From positions 1,312,001-1,376,000 of the forward strand of contig OZ219787.1 in the NCBI GenBank assembly GCA_964291285.2: a DNA stretch of 64,000 bases, read 5' to 3'. How positions within the stretch are numbered: the stretch's first letter is position 1; every line of letters begins with the position of its first letter. Below are positions 40,104 to 50,001 of the stretch, in pieces. The position numbers and the translations under genes were made by a program. Under the pieces are notes generated by a model. It did no database searches and had not been told where the DNA came from. It saw only the letters and a program-made list of their open reading frames with translations. The DNA comes from Alphaproteobacteria bacterium (GTDB lineage Bacteria; Pseudomonadota; Alphaproteobacteria; Bin95).

Positions 40104-40792
40104 CGCAAAGACCGATGAGAACGGGGTGGACCCACGCCCGAACGCCTACGATACTGCGCATACGGGCCGTGCCTTGCATGGCTCGGGGGGTGCGGCGCCG
40201 GTCGTTGCCACCTAGCAAACGGGGCCGGCGCCGCATCGTTCTCAGCAGCCCCAGTCTACCCCCTCGCGCAGCCCGGCGACCCCCGCCGACAGCGCCAGGA
40301 CACCCTCCCCTCGGCAGGCGAAAATATCAACGCGACGGGGGCCGGCGACTCCAGTCGGGCTACGCCCTCCTTCCGTCCCAGGCCCCCGTCACAAACACCG
40401 CCGCACCACAATCACTGCGATCATCACGCCCCGCAAAAACGCGCAACGCCAGCAAATAAGCGCCTTTTACGACCGTCACCTACACCGATCCAGAAGCTGC
40501 TGGCAGAGGAATTTCCCGAGATACGAGACCCGTCGTGTCCACACTTCCCAATACCGGTCCGCCAAGGACTGCGGACAATCCTCAACGAACACGAAACCGC
40601 CCTCGAAGATTGGCGCTACGCCTACGAACTCGGCAGTCTCAGGTTCGAGCACGTGTTCGACGAGGTGCTGGACACGCTTATCAGCGTAGGCTGGCAGCTG
40701 CACAACCTGTGGCTCAGAAGGCTGCTGGAAGAAGACGCACAGGCTCCGAGCCAGCCGTGAATCGCTCGAGGAGTAATACCAGCGGGCATAGT

Positions 40793-41852
40793 TCAGAACC
40801 CATTGGCCCATTTTCGGGTTCCGATGGAGGCGATGCGTTCTGGTTGTGAGACGAGATTGTTCCAGGCCTGGCAGCAGTGATCGAGTATGTCGTCGTAGTT
40901 CTGGAAGACGCGGTTCGAGAGCCAATTTTCGCGCATGAACTGCCAGACATTCTCGACGGGATTGAGCTCGGGGGACCGGGGCGGGAGCGGCATCAGGGTT
41001 ATGTTGTCGGGGACTTTGAGGGCCGGGGATGTGTGCCATCCGGCCCGGTCGAGCATGACGAGGGCATGGGCTCCGGGTTCAACGGTGAGGGCGACCTCGG
41101 CGAGGTGGGCGTTGAGTGCCTCCGTGTTGGCGTGGGGCATGACGAGGCCGGCGGCCTTGCCCTTCTGCGGGCATATGGCGCCGAAGATGTAGGCCGAGAT
41201 GGTTCTCTGGTCCTTGGGCGCTGACGGTCGGGTGCCGCGTTTAGCCCATCGCCGGGTGATCTTGTTCTTCTGCCCGACGCGCGCCTCGTCCTGCCACCAG
41301 ACTTCGACCTCGACGCCGTCGCCGAGTGCAGCGCGGATCTCCTTCAGGCGGTCGGGGAAGTTTTTTTGAACCCTGCCAGCGCGGCTTCGTCCCGGGCATG
41401 GTGGCGCGGGCGCGCAGACAGCCTGGCGTAGCCCATCCGGCGCAACTCCCGCCCGACCGTCGTCTCCGCCAACGAGATGCCGAACTGCTCGCTGAGCCAT
41501 GCCGCCAGGTCGCAGCGCCGCCACCGCACCACGCCGTGGATCGCCGGGTCCGGACCGCTCTCCACAACCGCCGCCAGCGCCGCGCGCTGCTCCCCGTTCA
41601 ACTTGCGCGGCGGACCTGAGGCCTTGCGATCCTTCAATCCCTCCGGGCCTTCCGCGTTGAAGCGAAGAACCCAGTCCCGGATGATCTGCAAGCCCACCCC
41701 CGCAAAACGCGCCGCATCCGAACGACGGTAACCGTCGTAAATCACCGCAAGCGCAAGAAGGCGACGGTTCTGCGAACCATCCCGGCTCCGCTGCGCAAGC
41801 CGCGCAACTGCGCCGCATCAAAATCCTCCCTCAAGGGGATTGCTGCCCTCAT
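40793..41852 (-). pseudogene. IS630-family transposase (OrfA/OrfB with A7 slippery site, extra 5' frameshift, 5' end truncated)
   Basis: WWQDEARVGQK, DRAGWH, SPELNPVENVW; TCAAAAAAACTTC junction near 41360; ATG41852 is out of frame with the OrfA body. Confidence 0.85.
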
Positions 41853-41899
41853 AACGACCCTCCAATCGCAGAATCGCTATTGAGTCAGAACTCGATAAC

Positions 41900-44409
41900 C
41901 TCAGACTTCCTGACCTCGTGACGATGTTTGTTGCGGGCGGCGTTCTGGGAACTTTTTGAGTTCGGTTCATTTTTCGTCTGTTTCGGCTGATTTTCGCTGG
42001 CTGCCGTGTCCAGGTTCGGGTATTTTAATTTGACACTGGATACGAGATTTCAACCATGTCGATTACCCTTCCCCTGAGCCCTCCGGAGGCGGTTCCGATC
42101 GGCAGCAGTTGTTTCGCCATTCTGATTTCGGACGACAGCTTCACCTACTTCTCCAACCTCGTTCCCTTTGACAGCCACGCCGCCGATGACCGCGCGGCCA
42201 TGCTGTTGCGGATCGGCCGCCTGGCTGCGATCAGCGCGGTCTCGCGGCAGGATCTGGCCGACGCTTTCGGTGTCTCGCGTGCAACGGTCCAGCGCGCACG
42301 ACGGCGCTACCTGGCCGAGGGCGAAGCGGAGTTTCTGAAGCCCCGGCGCGGTCGGGGACCTTCGGTGTTCACGCCGGAGCTGGCGGAGAAAGCGACGGCG
42401 TTGCTGGAAGGGGGCCTGAGCGGCTCTGCGGTGGCCCGAGTTCTCGGCGTGTCAGCGCCGTCGGTCAACAAGTGGCGGCGGCAGGGGGTGATCGGCAACG
42501 CGGAGGCGTGTCGGGAGCGCGGCAGCGCGGCAGTGGCGGTGCCGCCTGACGCGGGTGGGGCGCCCGAGGGCAGTGTCGATGACGAGAGTGCCGGTGCCGC
42601 CGGGCCGGCGACGGCAGCGGGGCTGGAGGCGCAGACGGATCGCAGCGCGCGCGACCGGCGGGACCGGCAGGCGCCGATGGGGCGCGCGACTTGCGATGTC
42701 CGGGCTCGGGTGTTGGCCAGCTGCGGGCAGGCGGGACCGGTCGAACCGCAGTTCACCGCCGCCGCCCGCGGCGTGCGCTTTGGCGGCGTTCTCGCCGCCC
42801 TGCCGGCCCTGCTGAAGGAAGGCCTGCTCTGCGAGACCGGCCTCCTGCCGTTGCTGTCGAAGGGCTACTACGGCCTGCCCACGATCCTGCTCTTCCTGGC
42901 CTTCATGACCCTGGCGCGGGTGCGCAACCCCGAGAGCCTGCGCTACCAGGCACCGGGCGAATGGGGTGCGGTTCTCGGTCTCGACCGCTGCCCCGAGGTC
43001 AAGACGCTACGGCGCAAGATCGGGCTCATGGCCAACGACGAAGCCAGCGTGCAGGCGTGGCAGCTCGCTCTTGCGAGACGCTGGCAGGAGGAGGAGCCCG
43101 AGCTCTGGGCGACGCTGGCCGTTGACGGGCACGTCAAGGTCTACGCCGGCCGCAAGGGGCGCCTGCCCAAACACTTCGTCTCGCGCGAGAAGCTGTGCCT
43201 GCCGGCGAGCACCAGCTACTGGATCAACGCCTTGGGCGGCAAGCCCCTGCTGTGCCTGCACAAGCCGCTGGACCCGAAGATGGTCGCCGCGATCGAATCC
43301 GACGTGGTGCCGGCGTTGCAGGCGCTCGGGATCGTCGACGCCGGGACAGCGGACCTGACCGCCGGGCAGCCCGGCCAGCCCGTGCTCACACTGGTCTTCG
43401 ACCGCGAGGGCTGGAGCCCGGAGCTGTTTCGCCGGCTGGCCAGGCGCGGCATTGCCTGCCTGACCTGGCACAAGAACTTCAGGGGCGGGGACTGGCCGGC
43501 CGAGGACTTCAGTGCGATGATCGTTCCCATTCACGGACCCGCGGCGAACGCCAGCGCCACCATGCTGCTGGCCGAGAAGCCGGTGACGTTGAAGAACGGC
43601 TTCAGGGTGCGCCAGATCCGCCGCCTGCTCGACAACGGCCGTCAGGTTCCGCTGGTCACCACCGATCCGCACAAGCCGGTGGCGGAGGCCGCAGGCGCCT
43701 TGTTCTCGCGCTGGTCGCAGGAAAACTTCTTCAAATACATGCGCGACGAGTTCAATCTCGACGCCCTGCCGACCCACGAGATCGAGCCTCTCGCTGCCGA
43801 TACCATGGTCGTCAGCCCGCTGCGGCGGGCCTACGACAAGGCAATCCGCCGCCTCGACCACCAGCTTGGCCGCCTGCGCAACCGCATCGCCGACGCCGCC
43901 CACAGGAAGCAGCCGACGGGCGAACTCAAGAGGGAACTCAGGGACCTCGAGGGCGGCCGTGAGATTGTCAGATCCAGCCGCAGGGAGGTGCCCACGCACT
44001 GCCGGGCCGGCGACCTCGACGAAGCCGGACAGCTCAATGCCTTGCCCTCACGCGAGCGCCTCCTACTCGACATCATCCGCATGATCGCCTACCGCGCTGA
44101 AACCCGCTTGATGCTTCCCGTCATGCAGGCGCAGGGCCACAAGCCCCACCCCCGGAAACTGCTTCAGGCACTCTTCACCGCCGATGCCGACATCCTGCCG
44201 GACCCTGCCAACGGCGTCCTGCGGGTCCGCATTCTCGGCCTCGCAAATGACGCCTGCGACCGCCAGATCAAGCCTCTTCTGGCCGAACTCAACGCCACCG
44301 AAACGCACTTCCCCGGCAACCGTATGCGCATGGTCTACGAGGTCGGCATAACCCCAAAATCCGCGCGCACCGGTGCCAAACAAAATTAGCAGAGGTCAGG
44401 AAGTCTGAG
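41900..44409 (+). mobile_element. Unclassified (ISNCY-like) IS
   Basis: Perfect 18-bp IRs CTCAGACTTCCTGACCTC (41900-41917 / 44392-44409); no TSD. Confidence 0.87.
42056..44389 (+). CDS. Large DDE transposase with N-terminal HTHs
   Basis: VDGHVKVY, VFDREGWS, RWSQENFFKY; bounded by IRs. Confidence 0.87.
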   Translation: MSITLPLSPPEAVPIGSSCFAILISDDSFTYFSNLVPFDSHAADDRAAMLLRIGRLAAISAVSRQDLADAFGVSRATVQRARRRYLAEGEAEFLKPRRGRGPSVFTPELAEKATALLEGGLSGSAVARVLGVSAPSVNKWRRQGVIGNAEACRERGSAAVAVPPDAGGAPEGSVDDESAGAAGPATAAGLEAQTDRSARDRRDRQAPMGRATCDVRARVLASCGQAGPVEPQFTAAARGVRFGGVLAALPALLKEGLLCETGLLPLLSKGYYGLPTILLFLAFMTLARVRNPESLRYQAPGEWGAVLGLDRCPEVKTLRRKIGLMANDEASVQAWQLALARRWQEEEPELWATLAVDGHVKVYAGRKGRLPKHFVSREKLCLPASTSYWINALGGKPLLCLHKPLDPKMVAAIESDVVPALQALGIVDAGTADLTAGQPGQPVLTLVFDREGWSPELFRRLARRGIACLTWHKNFRGGDWPAEDFSAMIVPIHGPAANASATMLLAEKPVTLKNGFRVRQIRRLLDNGRQVPLVTTDPHKPVAEAAGALFSRWSQENFFKYMRDEFNLDALPTHEIEPLAADTMVVSPLRRAYDKAIRRLDHQLGRLRNRIADAAHRKQPTGELKRELRDLEGGREIVRSSRREVPTHCRAGDLDEAGQLNALPSRERLLLDIIRMIAYRAETRLMLPVMQAQGHKPHPRKLLQALFTADADILPDPANGVLRVRILGLANDACDRQIKPLLAELNATETHFPGNRMRMVYEVGITPKSARTGAKQN

Positions 44410-45164
44410 CCTATATCTTCATTCAGGATTGCAAGTGCCCGCAAGTAGTTTCCGCGTGGCCACTTTAGAGTAGAAGCCGAACCGTCAGATAAACGCGCCC
44501 CACTGTCCTTGAAAATTCGCTTAATTGGCCGGTCGATGTAGATAGAATCATAAACGCTGGAGATATCATTGTGAGTCACTCCCTCCAGACAATGTTCTGA
44601 TTTTGTCAATTCAACGAATTCATAGGCCTGCCTTACTTTTGTTTTTGCTATACTTGCGAAATCGAAGGTGATTTTCATACAGTAGCGGGTTTCCCTTCCT
44701 GATAACCGTAATACATTTCTTGGAAGATTTTCTGTCCTGTTCTTTCCCAATTTTCCGACAATATTTCCATTATCATCGACACAACGGAACATTAAAGCAT
44801 AGGCGCTTTCGGTGGCATCCAGCCCCGTTTTCTCTCTCCAGTAACTTATGGTTTCAACAGCATTGTCGAGAAGTGCATCGTCGCTATCCAATATCAGGGT
44901 GTAATCTCCCGACACCAGGCTCTTCCCGGTATTGACCGCTGCGTTCCTCCCCCTGTTGTTGCTGTAGCGATACCAGCTTATCGGAAAGTCCGCCTCCGCC
45001 TGCCACCGGGAGAGCAGCGTCGCCGTGTCGTCGGTGGAGCCATCGTCCACGACAACCCACTCGAAATCGCGCACCGTCTGCCGCGACAAACTCTCGTAAG
45101 CCCGGTGCAGGGTGTGGACGCGGTTGTAGGCCGGCGTCAGCACCGATATGGCAGGCTTGGTCAT
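44410..45164 (-). pseudogene. GT2 glycosyltransferase, 3'-truncated by IS
   Basis: TPAYNR, VVVDDGSTD, LDSDD; reading frame runs into the IS right IR. Confidence 0.82.
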
Positions 45165-45298
45165 GCTTTGTCGTTCCTGCCGAACAGTCGCCACAGTGGC
45201 TGCGTCGCAGGTTAGCAAGAATATTGGAAATATCCATTATAAAATCTTTAATAATCATAGAAACTGATTTTAGACGGGCCGGGAGAGCGATGGAGAGA

Positions 45299-45409
45299 GA
45301 TGCCAGGAATAAGTCCGGGCATGACGGGAAAAGGGTTGGGACGGCGGCCGGCAGTTCGGGGCGGTCCTTCGATATGCGCCCGCTGGCGCGGTCGCTACTC
45401 AGGATGAGG
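45299..45409. repeat. Two alphaproteobacterial REP-like palindromes
   Basis: GATGCCAGGAATAAGTCCGGGCATGAC (45299-45325) and TCCTTCGA...CTACTCAGGATGAGG (45365-45409) resemble known alphaproteobacterial REP types (from memory). Confidence 0.6.
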
Positions 45410-45653
45410 GATGGGCAAGGCTCCTCTTCGTCGCCCCGGCCCTCGAGATAGGGCGTCAACCAGACAGCAATGGACTCGTTCCGGGCATCCCTCCCCCGGT
45501 CCGGCAACGTTCTCCCGGCGGCCTTCGTTGACTCTCCCGGTCGATTCGGACGACCATCCTCTTTGCGACCGTTGGCGCGTCCCGCTCTGTCGGGGCGCCT
45601 GCTGAACAGAACAGCCCGATATCCGGCGCCCGGTCGGGCTTGCGAGGTCCGTC

Positions 45654-46394
45654 ATGCTGCCGGTGTTCGTCATCAATCTCGACCGTCGCCCGGATCGCTG
45701 GGCGGCGATCTCCGGCAATTTGAGCACGCTGGGCATTGTCTCCGAGCGGATCGGCGCCACGGACGCCGACCGGGTCATGGGCGCCATCCCCGACGACCTC
45801 TCGTTCTCCCAGGCGGCCTGCCGGGAGAGCCATTTCGCCGCCCTGGATGCATTCCTGCAAACCGGCGCGCCGGCGGCGCTCATCCTCGAAGACGATGCCG
45901 AGCTGGCGCCGGACGTCCGCGACCTGCTGGCCTCGGCGGACTGGTGGCCGGCCGCTTCGCGTGTGGTGAAACTGGGAGGATGCGACGAGCCTGCCCTGCT
46001 CGGGCGGCCGGTGGGCAGGACGCCGTGCGGCGGCGAAATCCGCCCTATCGCATGGGCGTCCGCAGTGGCCTGCGCCTACATGATCGACCGCGAAGGCGCG
46101 GAGATCGCGATCGACGAAGCGCCGCGCGTCGGCATGACGGTGGACTCGTTCCTGTTCCACATGACCGGCTCGCCGGCGGCGCGGCGCCTGAAACCGGCCC
46201 ATGTCGTTCCTGCCATGGTGCGGGTAAGACCGGGGCAGGGATCGGACATACACCGCGATTTCTCGCCGCGCACGACCGGCCCCATGATGCGGACCGCCTT
46301 CAGGATCGGCGTCTGGCTGCGGCGCATGACGGGGCAGGTCCGGTGGGTGCCGGTATCGGCCGCTCATCCTCCGCCCCGGGATCCGCCGGGCTGA
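45654..46394 (+). CDS. GT25 (LPS biosynthesis) glycosyltransferase
   Basis: VINLDRRPDRW, ACRESH, LILEDDA, AYMIDREGA. Confidence 0.87.
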   Translation: MLPVFVINLDRRPDRWAAISGNLSTLGIVSERIGATDADRVMGAIPDDLSFSQAACRESHFAALDAFLQTGAPAALILEDDAELAPDVRDLLASADWWPAASRVVKLGGCDEPALLGRPVGRTPCGGEIRPIAWASAVACAYMIDREGAEIAIDEAPRVGMTVDSFLFHMTGSPAARRLKPAHVVPAMVRVRPGQGSDIHRDFSPRTTGPMMRTAFRIGVWLRRMTGQVRWVPVSAAHPPPRDPPG

Positions 46395-46471
46395 CGGCCG
46401 CCGCCGGCCCGCCGGCCGGAGGAGGCGGCCAGCGCCCGCGCGCCCGCCTCGCGCCGCGCCGACCTCCAGCG

Positions 46472-46555
46472 CCCCCGCTCAACGCCCCCCGCCTCCGGCG
46501 CAGGCAGCACCTGGAGGATCGTCCTGCCCTGGAAGATATTCAGCGCAGCAGCCAT
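46472..46555 (-). pseudogene. 5' remnant of a GT4 glycosyltransferase
   Basis: MAAALNIFQGRTILQVLPAPEAGGVERG matches the GT4 N-terminal ILQVLP...GGVERG motif, then degenerates. Confidence 0.55.
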
Positions 46556-46676
46556 GAGGGCGCCAGCATTCCCGCTCCTGCTATCCCGGTAAAGTCCGCC
46601 AGCGCCGTCTTGACGGACAGCAGCGCAACGATAGACTGCGGAGAGCGAACGGCATACCGCTTCGGAGAAGAAGAGC

Positions 46677-46883
46677 ATGAATTCGACCGGGAAGTCGTTC
46701 CTGACCAAAAGCAGGCCGAGCGAAGAATTATTGAAGCTTTTTCGCGATACAAAAAGCCATGAGAGGTCCGACGATGAATATCACGAACAAAGAATCAGTT
46801 TTGCCTGGGGTAATGCGATGGACGAATCTGTCACAAAAGAAAGCGTCAGGCGGGCTGCTCGTCTGGATTTGAAAAGCGACTGA
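46677..46883 (+). CDS. Small protein upstream of Fic gene, candidate antitoxin
   Basis: 68 aa, EQRISFAWGN, directly upstream of fic. Confidence 0.6.
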   Translation: MNSTGKSFLTKSRPSEELLKLFRDTKSHERSDDEYHEQRISFAWGNAMDESVTKESVRRAARLDLKSD

Positions 46884-46901
46884 ATACAGGCTTTTCCTTT
46901 C

Positions 46902-47498
46902 GTGGCATTCAGAGAGACCGATGATCCGACCCTGTACCGTAATGTACGGGAAAACAACCTCATGCGTCAATACGACATGCTGGAGGACATGGTCGAGATA
47001 GGATTGTGCAAGGGAATCGAGGCATTCGACAAGTATATGTAATGGACCCTGAATCATGCCGCAGTCGCCAACATGGTGCAGCACGGCGGCCGTTACAGGG
47101 AGGAGCCGGTCTATGTCGGTAAACACATACCGCCACGCTACAACCTGGTTCCCGGTTTGATGGATCGTTTCTTCTCGTTTGTCCACGAAAACTGGGAACG
47201 AGAGACACACCCGACTGCAATCGCTGCTTATGCTTTGTGGAAGATCAACTGGATTCATCCGTTTAACGACGGTAACGGGCGAACTGCGCGCGCATCCTGT
47301 TATTACCTCATTTGCATGAAATACGGAGGCATGCTGCCCGGGCGCAAGACCGTCCCGGACAGAATTCGCGAAGATCCTGACCCGTATTACCGGGCGCTTG
47401 CGGCGGCGGACAGGGCCTGGGAAAACGGCCATTACGATCTGGACGACCTTGCGGATTACCTGCAGGCCCTGCTGGCAGACCAGTTGCGGGAATTGTAG
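46902..47498 (+). pseudogene. Fic-family protein with in-frame TAA at 47040-47042
   Basis: Canonical HPFNDGNGRTAR; the frame is open from GTG46902 except for one stop. Confidence 0.78.
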
Positions 47499-47502
47499 TC
47501 CC

Positions 47503-48276
47503 GTGACGAACAGGGATGACGAAGCGCAACTCCTGACCCGCCCGGTCGGGCCGCCGCTGGCTTACCGGCGCGTTGCCGGGCGGGGGCCGGGGGTGGTGTT
47601 CCTCGGCGGCTTCATGTCCGACATGACGGGTGAGAAGGCCACGGCCCTGGACGCCCTCTGCAGGCGGCAGGGCAGGGCCTTCCTGCGCTTCGACTATCGC
47701 GGCCACGGCGCTTCAGGCGGGCGGTTCGAAGAGGCGGTGATTTCGGACTGGCTCGCCGACACGCTCGCGGTGCTCGACCGGCTGACCGAAGGCCCGCAGG
47801 TGCTGGTCGGCTCCAGCATGGGCGGCTGGCTGATGCTGCTGGCGGCGCTGGCCCGGCCGGAGCGGGTCCATGCGCTCATCGGCATCGCGCCCGCGCCGGA
47901 TTTCGTGCGGCGCATGGAGGCGGCGTTGACCGAGGACCAGCGGCGCGACCTCGACGGGCAGGGCTTCTTCCTGCGCCCGAGCGAATACGGGGACGGGCCC
48001 TATGCGATCACCAAGGCGCTGATCGAGGACGGCAAGCGCCACTGCCTTCTGGAGGGAGGGGTGTCCATAAGCCGCCCCGTGCGCCTCCTTCACGGAATGC
48101 GCGATGACGCCGTCCCCTGGCGGGACTCGCTGCGCCTGGCCGACTGCCTCGAAAGCGAGGACGTGCGCACGGTCTTCGTGAAGGACGGGGACCACCGGCT
48201 GAGCCGCCCCGCCGACCTCGCGCTCCTCGCGACCGTCCTGGAGGGCCTGCTGCGCGCGCCCGGCAGCACTCAGTAG
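47503..48276 (+). CDS. Alpha/beta hydrolase
   Basis: [32 protein letters not shown]. Confidence 0.9.
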   Translation: MTNRDDEAQLLTRPVGPPLAYRRVAGRGPGVVFLGGFMSDMTGEKATALDALCRRQGRAFLRFDYRGHGASGGRFEEAVISDWLADTLAVLDRLTEGPQVLVGSSMGGWLMLLAALARPERVHALIGIAPAPDFVRRMEAALTEDQRRDLDGQGFFLRPSEYGDGPYAITKALIEDGKRHCLLEGGVSISRPVRLLHGMRDDAVPWRDSLRLADCLESEDVRTVFVKDGDHRLSRPADLALLATVLEGLLRAPGSTQ

Positions 48277-49556
48277 CGGTAATAGTCGGGCTTGAACGGC
48301 CCGGCCTGCGGGACGCCGATATAGTCCGCCTGGTCCGGGCGCAATTCGGTCAGCCGGGCGCCCAGCCTCGCCAGGTGCAGCATGGCAACCTTCTCGTCGA
48401 GATGCTTCGGCAGCACGTGCACTTGCCGGTCGTATCGCTCCCCGTTGGTCCAGAGCTCGATCTGGGCCAGCACCTGGTTGGAGAAGCTCGCCGACATCAC
48501 GAAGCTCGGATGCCCCGTGGCGCATCCAAGGTTCACCAGCCGGCCCTCCGCCAGAAGGATCAGCCGCTTGCCGTCCGGGAACTCCACCTCGTCCACCTGC
48601 GGCTTGACATTGTGCCAGGCGAGATTGCGAAGCGCGTCCACCTGAATCTCATTGTCGAAATGGCCGATATTGCAGACGATCGTGCGGTCCTTCATGGCGC
48701 GCATGTGGTCGATGGTCACGACATCGGTGTTGCCGGTCGCCGTCACCACGATGTCCACCCGGTCCGCGACGTCGTCGAGGCGTACGACTTCGTAGCCGGC
48801 CATGCAGGCCTGGAGGGCGCAGATCGGGTCGACCTCGCTCACCATGACGCGCGCGCCCTGGCTGCGCAGGCTCTCCGCCGACCCCTTGCCGACATCGCCG
48901 TAGCCGCAGACGAGCGCGGACTTGCCGGCGATCATCACGTCGGTGGCGCGCTTGATCCCGTCCACGAGGCTCTCGCGGCAACCGTAGAGATTGTCGAATT
49001 TGGACTTGGTCACCGAGTCGTTGACATTGAAGGCGGGGCAGGCGAGCGAGCCGGTCTTCGCCATCTCGTAGAGGCGCAGCACGCCGGTCGTCGTCTCCTC
49101 CGACACGCCCCGCACGCCGCCCATGAGTTCCGGGTAGTCGTCGTGCATGAGCCTGGTCAGGTCGCCGCCATCGTCGAGCAGCAGGTTGGGGTGCCAGCCG
49201 TCCGGCCCCTCGACCGTGCGATGCACGCACTGCCAGTATTCTTCCTCCGTCTCGCCCTTCCAGGCGAAGACGGGCACGCCGGACGCTGCCATGGCCGCGG
49301 CCGCCTGGTCCTGCGTCGAGAAAATGTTGCAGGACGACCAGCGCACCTCCGCGCCCAGCGTCTGCAGCGTCTCGATCAGCACCGAGGTCTGGATGGTCAT
49401 GTGCAGGCAGCCCGCAATCCGCGCGCCCTCCAGCGGCCGGGCCGGGCCGTATTCCTCGCGGATCGCCATCAACCCCGGCATTTCGGTTTCGGCAATGGCG
49501 ATCTCCTTGCGGCCCCAGTCGGCAAGCGAGATGTCGGCAACCTGATAATCGGGCAT
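48270..49556 (-). CDS. ahcY: Adenosylhomocysteinase
   Basis: [47 protein letters not shown]. Confidence 0.97.
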   Translation of the reverse strand: MPDYQVADISLADWGRKEIAIAETEMPGLMAIREEYGPARPLEGARIAGCLHMTIQTSVLIETLQTLGAEVRWSSCNIFSTQDQAAAAMAASGVPVFAWKGETEEEYWQCVHRTVEGPDGWHPNLLLDDGGDLTRLMHDDYPELMGGVRGVSEETTTGVLRLYEMAKTGSLACPAFNVNDSVTKSKFDNLYGCRESLVDGIKRATDVMIAGKSALVCGYGDVGKGSAESLRSQGARVMVSEVDPICALQACMAGYEVVRLDDVADRVDIVVTATGNTDVVTIDHMRAMKDRTIVCNIGHFDNEIQVDALRNLAWHNVKPQVDEVEFPDGKRLILLAEGRLVNLGCATGHPSFVMSASFSNQVLAQIELWTNGERYDRQVHVLPKHLDEKVAMLHLARLGARLTELRPDQADYIGVPQAGPFKPDYYRY

Positions 49557-49670
49557 CGGGAGGTATGTCCTCGTTCCGGAAGGGATGCGCCAGAAGGCGG
49601 GAGGCGTATAGCAACCGGCGGGCCTCCCTTTCAACCGGACGCCGGAGACCCGATCGGCATTCGCACGTCT

Positions 49671-49687
49671 TGATTGCAATGCAATCA
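49671..49687. promoter_or_regulatory. Perfect 8-1-8 palindrome upstream of ahcY (putative operator)
   Basis: TGATTGCA-A-TGCAATCA in the HPr-ahcY intergenic region. Confidence 0.5.
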
Positions 49688-49733
49688 CACCATAGGGTGG
49701 TGTCCCGGACGGCCGGTGAGCGCGCCGGCGCCG

Positions 49734-50000
49734 TCATGTCTCGCTGAAGCCGTCCGCAACGAGCGCCTGTAGTGCGGCCAGCGCGGCTGCAGCCTGCACG
49801 CCCTCGCAGACCACCTCGATTTCGCAGCCCTTGCCGGCGCCGAGCAGCAGCAGGCCCATGATCGAGACGCCCGGCACGGTCATGTCGTGATGGGTGACCT
49901 GCACTTCCGCATCGAAGCGCCCGGCGAGCGCCACGAATTTCGCCGCGGCGCGCGCATGCAGGCCGCGCTCATTCACGATCCGCAACAATGCCGACGGCAT
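49734..50000 (-). CDS. ptsH: Phosphocarrier HPr/NPr
   Basis: GLHARAAAKFV, SIMGLL. Confidence 0.93.
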   Translation of the reverse strand: MPSALLRIVNERGLHARAAAKFVALAGRFDAEVQVTHHDMTVPGVSIMGLLLLGAGKGCEIEVVCEGVQAAAALAALQALVADGFSET

Positions 50001-50001
50001 G

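Larger units (their letters stand above)
36436..40484 (-). mobile_element. IS21-family element with two extra genes
   Basis: TGT...ACA ends, ~40-bp imperfect IRs, 5-bp TSD CCGAT (36431-36435 / 40485-40489). Confidence 0.9.
36119..40760 (+). pseudogene. HEPN-like protein split by IS21 element (36119-36435 + 40490-40760)
   Basis: AEIALKAL...HNLTKLHDAL before the IS; in-frame continuation IQKLL...WRYAYE...TGA after removing the IS and one TSD. Confidence 0.78.

Noticed and set aside
31234-40484. Prophage or conjugative element
   Set aside because: No structural, terminase, relaxase or T4SS genes; the Toprim gene lies inside the IS21 ends.
49557-49733. SAH or SAM riboswitch upstream of ahcY
   Set aside because: Consensus elements were not recognisable by eye; an Infernal/Rfam scan would be decisive.
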